Source of the DNA: Microbotryum violaceum
Lineage: Eukaryota
Reading direction: 5' to 3'
Length of the DNA: 64,000 nucleotides
NCBI GenBank assembly: GCA_001244265.2
Contig: CDLV01000016.1
Span: 558,001-622,000 of the forward strand
Of this stretch, positions 1-13,133 are shown one piece after another. A program made the position numbers and the translations under genes. Position 1 is the stretch's first letter. Each line of letters starts with the position of its first letter. Below the pieces are notes generated by a model. That model was not told where the DNA came from, ran no database searches, and was given only the letters and a program-made list of their open reading frames with translations.

Positions 1-355
1 GCAGTTCAAACCGCTGCTTTCTGTTCATTCCCCTTCACCGCTTCATCCGCACAACGGGCTCCGTCTTCCTTCCAAAGCCTGCCTCACTGATCCCACCAAT
101 GCTCGTCATTTTCCGAGTCTTTGCGGCGCAAAAGTGAACGCCCGTTCGAAATCACATCCTCTTCCTCTCCCTCCCGTAAGCCGACTTAGCCTCCCTCCTC
201 TCGTGGCCGCCGGGAATGACTCGTCGTCGAGACGCCCAAGTCCAGAGCTTACTGCCGCCACGACTTCTATTAGCCCTGAGAAATTAAAATAGCGGATGCG
301 ACCGGATCCCGAGTACCACAGTATTCACGGCAACCCAACGAGGCCGCGTCCGACA
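1..355 (-). mobile_element. Probable LTR fragment running off the window start, related to the Gypsy LTR at 32558
   Basis: Minus strand begins TGTCGG at 355. An exact 18-mer (GGATCCCGAGTACCACAG, 304-321) recurs inverted at 32585-32602, about 30 nt inside the TGT start in both cases. Confidence 0.4.
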
Positions 356-3300
356 CGTCGACCGGTTCGGAGCCCACCTCCGTCGGAGCCATCGATCCCG
401 AGCCTTGATTACTACCTGTGGCAGTGCACCCAAGGCACGGGCGAACAACAGATGGAGGGGTGCGTGGCGCTTTGGCTTTGGTGTACCGACGACGCTGAAC
501 TTTTTCAGCAAACGACAGCGGATGGCCTGACTTCGGCAGCCCTGGTGACACGATTGATGAGACGGACGACAACACGAACAAAGGAGTTGACTTTGACATG
601 AGTGATCATTCGAGCGACGATTTGATTCGTTACTCTATCGACGCCACAGCCAACGGTGCATTTGGGCTTGAGGAGTGGGACTTCAGTGCGGAAGATGATG
701 GCAGTGATGACGAAACTTGGTGAAATTTTTAATGGCTGTCTGGAATCGAAGGCTCTTGTTCCAAAAGCCTCAATCCAAACAGATGATGTGAGCGCTCGCG
801 TGCTTTTGCCTTTTCCATTGACTAGTGTCTCTTCATGTCATACAATATTGCCCTTCTCCCGGAAGTGCAGGGAATGCAAAGTAGCAACCATACGACCGAG
901 AGGCAACCAACGCTGGCAGGGCTTGGCTACCGCTTAAATGCGCTCTAGCCCGCTTGAAAAGGTTACTGCCCAGCAGTGGTGCCGACAGCGGGAGGTCTAA
1001 CAGGTTAGCTAGAGATCCAGGAGGAAAGCTCTTTGCTTTTGGCGATGAGGTAAACGGGCATCTTCTTGGCTGCGCTTAGTGAGTGCGCTTTCAAATTTCC
1101 GCCATTGCGTTTGGTGTTTATAGCGTGCGCAGTCAGGCCAGTCAGATGCCCGAAGTCCGTGCCGGGTCTTTGTTGATACTTTCTGAGATCTCAGCAGGGC
1201 TCACATTGCTAATTATCAGACTCCGTTTACCCCCACACTCTAATGTGTACTCGGCTAAACTGGTCCCATACTCGATCTGTTTTTCGGTGCTTTTCAATGG
1301 TGTTGTCTTGGCCACTTTAAGCCACGCAGCCACTAAGACAGTTGTACGTTTACCTCGCCATTGGACTCTCGACATTTCAGATACATGACGACGCACTCAA
1401 TACCCCTGACAGGATGTATGTGTATGATTGAACTCATTCGTTTGATGATGAGAAATGAGTTTGACAATACACCGATAATATTTGTCCCGGTGCTGAGAAA
1501 CGGATGACTTCAGATGCCAATCACACCTGCGCCTTTCATGTGCTCTCTGCCGTGTGACCCGATCCGTTGCGTGCTCTCACCGGTACATGTACTACTGTTA
1601 TATCGTAAAGGCAGAAGCTCGGAGTTAGCTATGGACAGAAAAGTGGGGCGTAAACACCTGAACGAACATCATTGAGTCAGGATCACGATGTTGTTCTTCG
1701 TACGATACCATTCCTCCTCGCATCAGCCTGAGTGCACGAGTGGCCTGCGAGCTATTGTAGGCCTCCGACTGTTTCTACTGTCGACCAACGCAGCCTTTGC
1801 AGATGACAGTTCTGGTGGTATCTCAATCGGTCTCCTCGGTTCTGTTTTCTTGAAATCGTCTTTGTAAGAGCGAGGGTCATCACCAGATCGTACTGTAGTG
1901 GCACTGAAAGTGACTAAGTTTTTGAGTCAGGGTACCCGGCACGGGGAAATCCACCCGTGGTCAACATTGCAATCGAAATCGTCTTGAATACTCGGGTTTC
2001 CACATGGCAGATAAAACCTGAGATTTACCAGTCACCCTTTGTATTGCACTTCCCATCAATTTGCCTACAGCCTTCTACTGCACTGTCCGATGCTGCGTTG
2101 GGTGCGCAGCTGAGCTAGCTGAGGGTCAAGCGAGAAGTCCCTGGTCATGCATGCATTGTGAAAAATGCGATTTGTCAGAAGTCAAGTCGCACTTCAGAGA
2201 ATAGGACACAATCAGGTGATGAGAAAATGAAGAGCTACACAACCAAACTCTGAGACGTCCTACCGGAAATGTCACCGGTGTGGCCCCCTTGTGTGCTTTG
2301 TGTCAACTATCGAGATGCGGAACAATCACAAACTGATCATTGGTTAATGTGCGAGGCGCGAGAGACAGCGATGAGGTCGTGTTTGGAAAGGTGTAAGATC
2401 GCTCCCAATCGGTCTTTGCAGAAGAACAGGAACATGGACAAGAAGAGGGACCAATCATCAACCTGGTCCGACTCAATTTGAGGAGCATTTAGTCACACAG
2501 TGTGCGTCGACGCGTCGATGTGCTTGGGCCAAGGTCAAAGTGCGGGAGCGAACCGTGAGCCACATTGTTATTATATCTAATACTTCAATAACAGCAAGTG
2601 ACCAGTCAGCTTTTTTTTCCCAATACCATTAATACCCTTAAGACCCAGTAGGGCCCAATATGACTCGGCAAAAGGAAACCCCCATCTTCGAGATCCGAAG
2701 CTCCGAAGCTCAGGGTCTAGCCAGTGTGCTCAACTGCATTCTCTCCGACTTTTCCAAGGTTTTTAGGTAATGTTATAATTGTACTGTTGTTGAATTCTAT
2801 TGAAGAACAAAAGGGGTAGTAAGTAGTGTGTGAAGAGAAGCAGAAAATTAGGAGGGAGGGGGGGGGGGGGGGCAGAATTCGAAGGTCAATAGAGCAGCTG
2901 TCTTACCTGTGCATACTTGGTTGTATCCTCCATCTCGTCAGCAGGCGGTATTAGGTACAACAGCTATATCGCATTTCGGTTCCGAATTCGACTCTTGGGA
3001 ACATTGGTATAGGAAGATTGGTATTGTCTATAAGGATAACTCTAACACCGAGTAGCTAAAAAGCTTCGCTTCACGGCTCGTGGAACGCCCACTGCAGAGA
3101 GGTGCACCCGTGCCGGGGTGGGCGAGGAGGGGGGAGTAGTGGCACACCATCCCTCTACCAAGCTCTTCCCGGGCCAAAACACAGAAAAGCTGCCTTATCG
3201 CGCGTGCGCGCACGAGTTCATTTGGCTGGCTATTGACCTGCCGAACCGCAGACGGGCCCGAACGGGCGGCCATCGCGCGCCATCCTGGGTCTGCACCTTC

Positions 3301-3414
3301 TGCCCTTGTACCTTCCTTCGCACTTCGCGTTTCCTCTTCCCCAGCTGCCACGTTCAGGCGCCGATCAAAGCCTCGCATACTGGACAGCTGCCCGCGGACA
3401 GACTCGAGCCACCG

Positions 3415-4418
3415 ATGGGAGCCGACGGGGGATCCTTCGCCAAACGGGATGACTTGATCAAGACGAAGAAAGCCACTGTACATGCTGATCAGCACGAACT
3501 ACAGCGACTCCTCTGGCACACGTGCGCCTTATCGAAGGAGCCTTTGCGTCAGCCAGTAGTATCTTGCGCTCTTGGCAAGCTCTACAACAAGGAAGCGCTG
3601 ATTTCACATCTACTCGACCCGGCGTCTGGCAGCGACGGCCATGCGGTCGCATCGCACATTCGATCATTGAAAGACGTCACGACCCTCAAGCTAACGACCA
3701 ATCCTGCGCTTGGTCCGTCAAGCTCGCCCTCGTCGGATGAAGCCGCTCCTGTGAATGCTCTAGATGCCATCAAGTTCGTCGCCCCATTTGTCTGCCCCAT
3801 CTCCCTGCGCGAGATGAACGGATCCACCAAGTTCGTTTATCGAAGACCCGGAGGATACGTCATATCCGAGGCGTCCCTCAAGGAAATACGCAAAGCTGGA
3901 GCGGAAGCGACCTTGCTTGTCGACGTCGGCACGAGCTTGTCGACGGACACAAGCTCGTCACAATGGATCGTCATCAATCCGCGAGCAGATGAGCTGGAAG
4001 CTGCGAAAGTTGCTTGGGAGGCCGAACGAGATTGCGCAAAAGATGCGAAGCGTAAACTCAGAGCCAGCAAACGTAAGGCAGGCGATAATACCGGATCCTT
4101 ACATCCGAACAAAACGAAGCCACCCGAACGAACGATTCGGATGGCACCCGTCGGCCCTGCGATCAAGGCAGGTTCGTCCGTGCCCCTCCTCTCTTCGTCA
4201 CTGGCCGCGAAGTTGGCCGCGGAGAAAACGACACTATCTCCTGCCATTGCCTCGCTCTACGTCGACCCAACGGCCGATCCGAACCATGTGAGTCACGACT
4301 AGGCGCGCTCGCAGCGAGGTCGCGACGTCCACTCACGCGCCTGTGTGCCCTCTCGTAGGACAAAGACGGCCGCTCAACTTGGATGACCCGTGGTGCTTTC
4401 ACCAGGTATGCTGGTTGA
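3415..4418 (+). CDS. RTF2: Replication termination factor 2 (Rtf2) homolog, 2 exons (3415-4287, 4359-4418), ~310 aa
   Basis: N-terminus MGADGGSFAKRDDLIKTKK; CALSKEPL...VVSCALGKLYNKEALISHLL; HIRSLKDV; FVCPISLREMNG. Intron GTGAGT(4288)...TAG(4358) restores the C-terminus DKDGRSTWMTRGAFTRYAG*. Confidence 0.92.
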
Positions 4419-5224
4419 GCTCGAAAAAGCTTGCTTGATTCGGCCTACGAACCCCGGGTCCCCATCAGATGTTGTAACTTTCCTTGATCTCAGATTTCAG
4501 TTTCCCCGTGCCGCATGCACATTTGCAATCATACTACCCAGGTGGTACTTTTTGTTCATATTCCGCGTTTCGCAAAGTGGACTGTAAAAAGGATAGTGCC
4601 CGGCACGAGGTTCACTGCGTGAAATATTTCTAGAGCCTGTACACGGCCGGCTCTCTTCTGTTTCTTGCATAGTGCCAGGCGCTAGTGTCGCTCGTCGAGC
4701 GTGAGTCTTGTCCGGGTAATACGACGAGCAGTCTTCGACTGAACGACGTTTGTGCCGATCTTGATTGATAAATTTGATTAGTGATATAACAAACGGCTTT
4801 GCTTTGGGCTTGGGGACGAAGTGGCCCAAGTCGACGCGGCCCCGCGAAGAAACCGGCGGGGCAGCGCAAGTAAGGGGAGGCCAATTTGGGCACGCGGGCG
4901 AGAAAGCAAGACTCCTGAAGTTCCGAGCGAGCAACAGGCGATGTTGTGAGCGAGAAGTGTTGGTTCTATAGCAAAAGGGAGCGATTCATACCGCACTCTA
5001 CCGCACTAGCCTTTCGACTCGCTCGGCGCGCTCGTTGGAACCCGTTGGTCCGCCTTTGGCAACCGGCCAGAACGTGCCCGGAGCTTGACAGATCGGACGA
5101 GCTCGCACTGTGGCCATCCGCGTCACGTTGAGGTCAGCAGCCCTAGCCCGTCGTGCCCAGACTACGCCTGTACTCACTAAACGATTCGGGTGAGACTTTG
5201 TGCGGGTACCCACCAGTCTGCACC

Positions 5225-7956
5225 ATGTCAGCTCTGAACACCGATGCGACCCATCCTGAAGCGAGCAGCGTGATTCTGCCTCCACCCGCGATTCGCTCCA
5301 TCGTCGAGAAGACTGCCGCCTACGTCGCCAAGTCGCCCAACGCAGCCCAGTTCGAAGAGAAGATCCGTGCTCGCGAGAAAAGCGACTCACGCTTCGCCTT
5401 TCTCAATGCCGACGATGCGTATCACCCGTACTATCAACAACGCCTAGAGGCTTTCCGCGAGGGCGAACCTGCGCCGGCCGCGACTGCCCAGACGCCTGGC
5501 CTGGCCGGCGACAAGGCGCCTGTGGGCACTGTTCCTGCAACTTTGGCGGCGGACACAAACCAAGACGACGATGGAATGCCACCCAGGCCGCCAGCTCTCG
5601 AATTCCTTGTCGAGCAACCGCCTGCGATCAACGCCGTTGACCTGTGAGTGCCCGCCATACGTGTTTGGCCTCGGACTTAGCTCTCTCTACTCGCCAACAC
5701 CGCTGAACCCTCTCGCCCGTCTGTTGCAGCGACATTCTCAAGTTAACAGCGCTGTTCACTGCGCGTTCTGGTCGACGCTTCACGTCAGAACTTGCGTCGC
5801 GCGAGAGCCGCAACTATCAATTTGACTTTCTTAGGCCGACGCATTCTCTATTTGGCTGCTTCAATCGGTTCGTACAGGGCCGAGGACCATGTCTTTGGTG
5901 TATCGCCTTGCATGTCTCACTCTGAACCTGCTCATTGCCAGGTTCGTCGAGCAATATACCAAAATTCTCATGCCATCCGACGAGATCCGAAATGGGCTGC
6001 GTCGTCGTAGCCTAGGGACGCTCGACTCGAACCAGCATCGCGTGACCACCGGCCGACGTGAGGTGCTGAGTGATTCGCAGCTACGAGTGGACTGGCAAGA
6101 GTGGGACATGTCTCGACGTCGAGAACTCGACGATGCGCAGGAGGCTAAGCGCGTGGCTTTCGCCGAGATCGACTGGCAAGACTTTGTGGTCGCGTCGACG
6201 ATCGACTTTACGGAAGCTGACGAAGCGGTCTTGACCGAGTTGCCCCCGCCGATGAGCCTTTCAGAGGTTGAGAACATGACAATTGCGCAAAAGAAGATGG
6301 CAGCGATGATCATGGAAGGCAGAAACGCCGGCCAGGACGATATTGTCAGCGATGACGAGACGGAAGGAATGGACATCCGCGGCAACGACGACGATGACCA
6401 AATGCGCGCACGCGATCAAGCCGCTCCCCAACCGACGGCCGTGCAATCACCGGCTATCGAGATCCGGGCAGCTGATACAAGTGCTCCGATGAAGATCCGC
6501 AAAGACTACGTGCCAAAAGGTGTGGCCCCTCGTGTTGCCAGTAGTTTCGCCAATCGGGCTGACATCTTGAATCTGTTGATGCAGCGAATCGGCCTGCTGC
6601 ACCTTCGCAAGCCTTCACCACTTTCAATAACCAACAGATTCCTGTTGAGGAGTTTGCTAGTCACGTCCGAATCGAATTACTGGACCCAAAATGGAAGGAG
6701 GACAAGCGACAGAGCGAGGTCAACCGGTCCACTGCAAATCTTCTACCTCAGGGTCAGCAAGCCGCTCTTCGCCGGAGGGTGGGACACTATGCTGACTCCA
6801 GTTTCTAAAACAGGCACCGATGTCTCCTCCTCAATCCGGAACCTGGCCGCTCATCGACCTGACATCTTCGGCGTCGGTACCGATGACGAGGCCCGGCGCA
6901 AGCAGGAACAAGCTGAAACGCTGGCCAGATCCAAGAAGCGTGAATTAGGCGTGTGGGATGGGCACACAACCACCAAAGACGCTATCACGTCCCGGTACCA
7001 GGCGGGTGCAAATTTAGATGAGCAAATCGAGGCTCTTCATCGTGCCAAAGGATTAGTAGGGTAAGGAAGATGGCACTGCGCATATTATTGATAAGCTTGC
7101 AATGCTGATGCCTCATCTTTTGTCATTGAACAGATCCCAGAATGACAAGGCCACAGTGATCGGTCCCACTGTGCCCAACCTCAGTAATATCGATATCGCA
7201 AGCGCCTCTATGGATGACTCGACCTCTTCCTCTGGGCTACCATCTGTGATGCTAGCTGCTGGTCAGCCTACCCTGGTTGCTACTACGAACACCCCTTCAC
7301 CTGGACAAGTCCCGCTTCCGACTGCTATACCCGTGCCTACGAGTTCTATTGAGACACCCGGGACGGCTGGGCCAAGTCAGACCTTTGATTCATCCTTGCC
7401 ATCTTATGCTGGTGCACAAGCTGGTGTGGTTTCCAATCCCAACAGACCTGCCGACGCGAGCCCGGATGGAGAGCCAACCGCGAAGCGTGCACGCTTGTCG
7501 GTGTCTGGCAACGGTGATCTGCGATCTGAGGCAGAATGGCTGAAAGTGCATGGAACCGTAAGTCACGGCCTGGTCGTATACCACCAATGCTGCTGGCTCA
7601 TTGTACACAAGCATTGTTCGTTTGCAGGATCCCATCCGGATTCGGATCCAGCTTCCCGAATACCCGGCAAAACCAACTTGGGGCTGTGATGGAAGCATTT
7701 TCTCGCTTGAGGTTCCACTCACTCTACTGGTTGGAACCATCCGTGATCGCATTACTGTAAGTTATTGGTTCTGGAACGTGATGCAAGAAACCTGCTAAGA
7801 TGCTTCTGTCGAATCCAACAGAGCAAGGTTGGCCTCCCAGTTTCAAAGCAAAAGCTGCTTCGCAATGGTCGGATACTGGCCAATTCATCAACTTTGGCAG
7901 CACTCAATTTTGAAGAGGGCGACCAAATACAGGTGGCAATTAAAGAGAAGAAGTAG
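5225..7956 (+). CDS. PRP21: Splicing factor 3A subunit 1 (Prp21/SF3A1), multi-exon, about 7 introns
   Basis: Two SURP/SWAP motifs (IRSIVEKTAAYVAK...FEEKIR...FAFLN.DDAYHPYY; DILKLTALFTAR...RESRNYQFDFLRPTHSLF), AFAEIDWQDFVV, MKIRKDYVPK, LAAHRPDIFG and a C-terminal ubiquitin-like domain ending VAIKEKK*. Introns 5644-5729 and 5868-5941 were checked for frame. Confidence 0.93.
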
Positions 7957-8310
7957 CTTCACTATCACTAAAAACTTGCACTGGCATACAAAATCTGCTT
8001 TTCTTTCACTCTGTCTCCTCTTCCTTTACTGTCATCGATTCAAGACCCAGAACAAATCAATGCCCCGTGGATCCAGATCCTGCCAAAGGTGGGCGGGAGC
8101 TTGGCGATGGAGCAAACATGCGAGGATGTAGTGCTTTACGGCCACACAATTGCACGTTGGAGTGGTCACAAGTCGCCTGTGGGCTAAAGAAGAGAATACA
8201 GTTTCCAAGCATTTGAAAGGCCAGCCATTTCACAACTGTACTACACAGCCAAAAAGACTAGTGGAGCAGGAGGTTCTGACGGCACTTCACACGATTCTCA
8301 ACGGAAGAGA

Positions 8311-8340
8311 GGAGATGAGATAAGATGAGATGAGATGAGA
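8311..8340. repeat. (GAGAT)n microsatellite
   Basis: ggagatgagataagatgagatgagatgaga. Confidence 0.6.
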
Positions 8341-8384
8341 TTCAATGCAAGAGAAGGTTAAAGTCTAAGCTACGAAGACTAGAA

Positions 8385-9256
8385 CCAGTGGGAACCCGTT
8401 AAATTAACGGGAGGATCAAATTCAAAAAAAAGCAGGATAATTGAACAGTCTACATGATCTCAGCGCAGAGGTTAAGAAAACACCCTACAAAGTACAGCAA
8501 AGAAACAAATCCATTCATCCTACATTCATCGCTAAAACAGCCTGCATGTCGCTTGTTGCCGGACTTGGCTTCAAACACTTGTGCAATGAGATCCGGACGG
8601 TTGCATGCTTTGTCATTCAGCCCCAGTGCAGCCTTGATTTCCGGTGCTTCGGGGTCGTACGTCATCGTGATGAGCAGCGGAGGCTTTCCATGTTTGACAA
8701 CGCACGCCATTGCATCCTGGTATCGCTGCCACGCGATGTCGCGCGGTCTATTCTTGAACGTCGAGCCCAAGGTCATCGAACGTCCAATTTGATTCGGGGT
8801 CAAGCCGTTGATGCCTTGGGTCGTGGTGAGGCGTAGGTTCTCTTGATGCAACCGGATTCGTTGATTTGATCGGTCTCGACTTGGGAGTATATTCGTAAAT
8901 CACAAACTCCAGGAAGGGACACTGGGTGCAATGCGGGATTGAGAAGTACTCGCCGCGTCTGGCAAATCGTGCGCAAAGAATTGTGAACGCGAGACTCGCC
9001 ACCTCGACCCCTTTACTTGACCTTCGTCCTAGGTGTTCAAAAGTTCAATGTCAGTCTGTGCTTGCACCTTCGGCAGAATGGAACATCAGAGAAAGAGCCG
9101 AAGACGCGTACGTTCGCCATCACCATCCTCTTCGTCCCCTTCCTCGCCGTCTTCATCCTCATTGTCGCGGTCTTCGTCCTCCTCTTCGCCTTCGTCAGCA
9201 AGACCGAGACCGGCATGTACCTCCAATGATTGGACCCCATTGTCGATCTGCTCTCG
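8385..9256 (-). mobile_element. Helitron copy 1, 3' part (Rep-domain relic plus 3' terminus)
   Basis: QRYQDAMACVVKHGKPPLLITMT...PEIKAAL...NRPDLIAQVFEAK is the Helitron-like N motif. The palindrome CCCGTTAAATTAACGGG is followed on the minus strand by CTGG|T at 8385. Near-identical to 19995-20860. Confidence 0.85.
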
Positions 9257-12200
9257 AACACGGATCACCGCGCAAGCGACTGTACAGCCAACTGGCAGCA
9301 GGCACCGGATGTCCCGGAGGGGTGGGCCGAATTCGAAAAGAAGACGGCGAAAGCGGCTAAGAACAACACCCTCCATCAAATTGCGGAAAACTCAGAAGAC
9401 GACATCTCAACGGACGAAGAAAACGAGTACGCCCCTCAGTTCATCTCCACCATTCCCATCACTCTGCACAACAACACGAAGTCAAAGACGTTGCAGGCAC
9501 TTGCTGACTCTGGGGCCTCTTCCTCCTTTATCGCAGATAAGGTGGTTGAGAAACTGGGGTTAGTCATGCATCGTCTCCCTGTTCCTACATTGGTCAAAAC
9601 TGCAATCAAAGGCCAAGCACGCGCGTTTCATGTTACCTCGTTTGTAAAGATTCCGATCACGCTCGAGAATGGCGCATGGGAAGCGGGACACACGATTCTG
9701 AAGGTGGCTAAACTGCAGGAGCCCTTGGAAGTGGTACTGGGGTTCAACTTCCTTGTAAAACACAAGGTTACCATTGACTTTGCGGCACACAAGATCCTGG
9801 TGCCACATCCGACCATGCCTGACGTAAAGATCGACCTTCTTGCGCCGGTCTTCGGACCCCACCCCCAGCGAGCCGCGGCGAGGAATGCCAAACGAAGCGA
9901 TAAAGCTCGGATCAACTGGCGTGCAGTGATTGCCTACATCGACGGGGTCCAGCAAAGGGAAACGGAGTTGACGGAGTTGCGACGGCGGGAGGCAAAGCTA
10001 CGGGTCGAGTTCGCGGATCGGTTCCCGGGGGATATTCCTCCGGTTTCGACGTATGAATCACCGGTCCGACACCGAATCGAGCTGAAGGACGGAGCAACAA
10101 AACCGAACTTGAAGGGTTATCGAGCGGCACACCGTTACCGGGAAGCCTGGAAGCGCCTGATTGATCAGCACGTTGCCAATGGCCGCCTTCGAAAGTCGTC
10201 ATCAGAGTTCGCGTCCCCGGCGTTTGTCATCCCAAAGAAAGGTATGGATAAGGACCCGTCAATCCAACCACACATGGTCTGTGACTACCGAGTACTCAAC
10301 AAAGGGACGGTCCGAGATCGCACACCTCTACCACTTCCGGACGAGATTCTGTCGGTCTGCTCAAACGCGCGATTCTGGGGGAAGATCGACATTACAAACT
10401 CCTTCTTCCAAACCAAAATGGCCAAGGAAAACATCCGGAAGACGGCGATTGTAACACCGTGGGGATTGTACGAGTGGACGGTAATGCCAATGGGACTCTG
10501 CAACGCCCCGGCAACGCATCAGCGCCGAGTCAACGAGGCACTCGGAGACCTTATCGGGAGCGTGTGTTTCGTGTACCTTGATGACATCACAATCTTTGCC
10601 GACACCTTGGAGGAACATGAACGACGGGTGCGACTCGTCCTGGAGTCGCTGAGACGGGCGGATCTGTACGTATCGCCGAAGAAGACGGAACTGTTTGCTG
10701 CCGAGTGCTTTTTCCTCGGCCACCAGATCACTCGGGAAGGCATCAAGGTCGATCCTGACAAGGTGGAGCGGATCCATCAGTGGCCGCAACCAAGGACGGT
10801 GAAGCAATTGCGGGGATTCCTAGGTCTGGTGCAGTATCTGCGGAAGTTCATCGACAAGCTTGCGGATTTGACAGCGGTTTTAGTCCCGCTGACACGGAAA
10901 GGGGTGCATGTCAACGAAGGCTGGACGGGAGAGCACGACAAGGCGTTTGAGGCAATCAAGTCCTTGGTGGGCAACCTTCCTTCTCTACATCCCATTGACC
11001 ATTCCGACAAGGGCGACCCATTATGGCTGATGACGGACGCGAGCAATCGGGGAATCGGGGCGGCACTCAGTCAAGGAAAGCAATGGCAGACGGCCATGCC
11101 GGCAGGCTATTGGTCACGACAGTACAACCCAGCGGAAGGCAACTATGCAGCCCACGAGATGGAATTGCTTGCAATTGTGGACGCCCTTCATCACTGGCGG
11201 GCAGACCTTTTGGGTGTTTGATTCAAGATCCTCACAGACCACCACTCCTTGGCGGGCTTCATGAAGCAACCAAGCCTTTCACGACGACAAGCTCGATGGA
11301 CCGAACGACTGGCCGATTACGACTTCGAGATTGTATATGTACGAGGTCCAGAGAACACAGTGGCTGATGCATTGAGTCGTTACTCTTTCCCGGAGGAACC
11401 CACAGCCGGCCGCCAGGCGAGCAACAATGTCAATGTGCTGGCGGAGGCAACTCTCGATCCTGCCTTCCTTTGCAAACTCAGGGACGGTTACCGCAAGGAC
11501 CCGCAATGTCAACAAGCTATCAAGAACATTGACTCAACACCAGGCTACTCAGTCGACAATGGAATCGCACGGTTCGAAGGACGGATCCTCCTGCCAAAGA
11601 CAGGGAACTTTCAGGAGGATGCGCTACATGACGCGCATGATGCCGCAGGCCATTTTGGACTACACAAGACGTATGAACACCTACGCCGCAACTTTATCTG
11701 GTCGGGAATGAAGGATGCATGCAAAGATTACGTTGAGTCCTGTGCTGCTTGTCAGACAATGAAGATGCATGGCACCGGTTTTGCCGGTCGGATCCACAAT
11801 TTGAATGTGCCTGACCGGCCAATGCGGGAAGTTGGCCTAGACTTTGTCGGGCCACTTGTACCTAGCAATGGTAATGACACACTGCTTACGGTAACAGATC
11901 GCCTTTCAGGCTACGTTTGCCTCATCCCCTGCCGCACGACGGACGACGCGACTACCACGGCGGACCGGTTCTTTGAGGGGCGGCATCGACACTTTGGCAT
12001 GCCACGAGTGCTGGTCTCCGACCGCAACAAGCTCTTCACAAGCGAGTTCTGGCGAGCGTACATGGGCCAGCTGGGAACGAAACTGGCAACATCGACGTCT
12101 TTCCACCCACAAACGGATGGCCGAAGCGAGCGAACGAATCGGACCGTGATCCAAGTCCTGCAAACAATGGTCAACCGACGGCAAAATGACTGGTCAAAGC

Positions 12201-13133
12201 ACTTGGCTACGGTGGAGTTTGTGATCAACTCCAGTATGAACAGGTCGACGGGGAAGACGCCATTTGAAGTGGTACTTGGGTTCACGCCGGAGCTGACACC
12301 GATCACCCCAGTGGAGGGCTCAACCACGTCACAGGCAGTCAAATCCATCGTGGAACAACGTGAAGCAGCGGTTGCGGAAGCCCGAGACAATTTGGCAATT
12401 GCAAAGATCCGACAGGCCAACCAGAGCAACAAGACGAGGAAACCGGAGCCCGGGTTTGCAGTGGGCGACATGGTCTTAGTCGACTCGCGGGATCGACGAC
12501 TGCGGTACAAGGCCGATGGGGAAGCACGGTCAGCCAAACTCTTTCCCCGGTTTGACGGCCCCTACGAAGTCCTAGCAGCACGACCCGAAACCTCAAATTA
12601 CAAGCTGAAGCTCAAGGCGGGGGACAAGTCGCACAACGTCTTCCACGCCTCCAAGCTCCGATGCTGGGTAAAGAATAATGGGGTGGTGTTCCCAGGACGA
12701 GAGGCAACGGAACCAGCGGCCATTATCGTCCAAGGAAACGAGGAGTGGGAGGTAGAACGGATTGTGGACGAAAAGGGGAAGGGGTCAAGGAAGAGGTTCT
12801 TGGTGAAATGGAAGGGGTGGGCAGACAGCGACAACACATGGGAGCCATGCTCACACCTGGAAGACACCGCAGCGTTGGAAGAGTGGGAGAGTGGGAAGGC
12901 GGGGGGAGGACAAGGCAAGGAGGGGAGGGTGTAAGGAGGGAGGGGAGTTTGGTTTAGGTGGTGGAGAGTGTAAGGCCCGTGCGCCTGGGCCTTAGGAAGA
13001 GGGGACGCGCGCCTGGGCACTCTTAGTCTCTCTCCAGCAACTGATACGAGTGTCCAGTGTCAATTCTACATACTTTGGTCCTGTGATCCTTGTCGTCGTC
13101 GCTCAGGTGTACACTCCAACGGGGTGTATTACA
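9257..13133 (+). mobile_element. 5'-truncated Ty3/Gypsy chromovirus-type element: PR-RT-RH-IN-chromodomain, PPT and 3' LTR (12930-13133)
   Basis: [12 protein letters not shown] (protease), YLDD (RT), LMTDAS (RNase H), HHCC and DFVGPL...DGRSE (integrase), WEVERIVD...[16 protein letters not shown] (chromodomain). One in-frame TGA at 11219-11221. Purine tract then TGTAA...TTACA. Confidence 0.93.

Noticed and set aside
356..3100. Short ORFs and a G-run (~2850-2872) upstream of RTF2
   Set aside because: No recognisable domain or consistent exon chain; left unannotated.
3118..3414. N-terminal extension of RTF2 in the ORF track
   Set aside because: It starts at a non-ATG codon; the conserved Rtf2 start MGADGGS begins at 3415.
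11219..11221. Programmed stop read-through between RNase H and integrase
   Set aside because: The stop lies within the RNase H C-terminal motif and fits a CGA-to-TGA transition.
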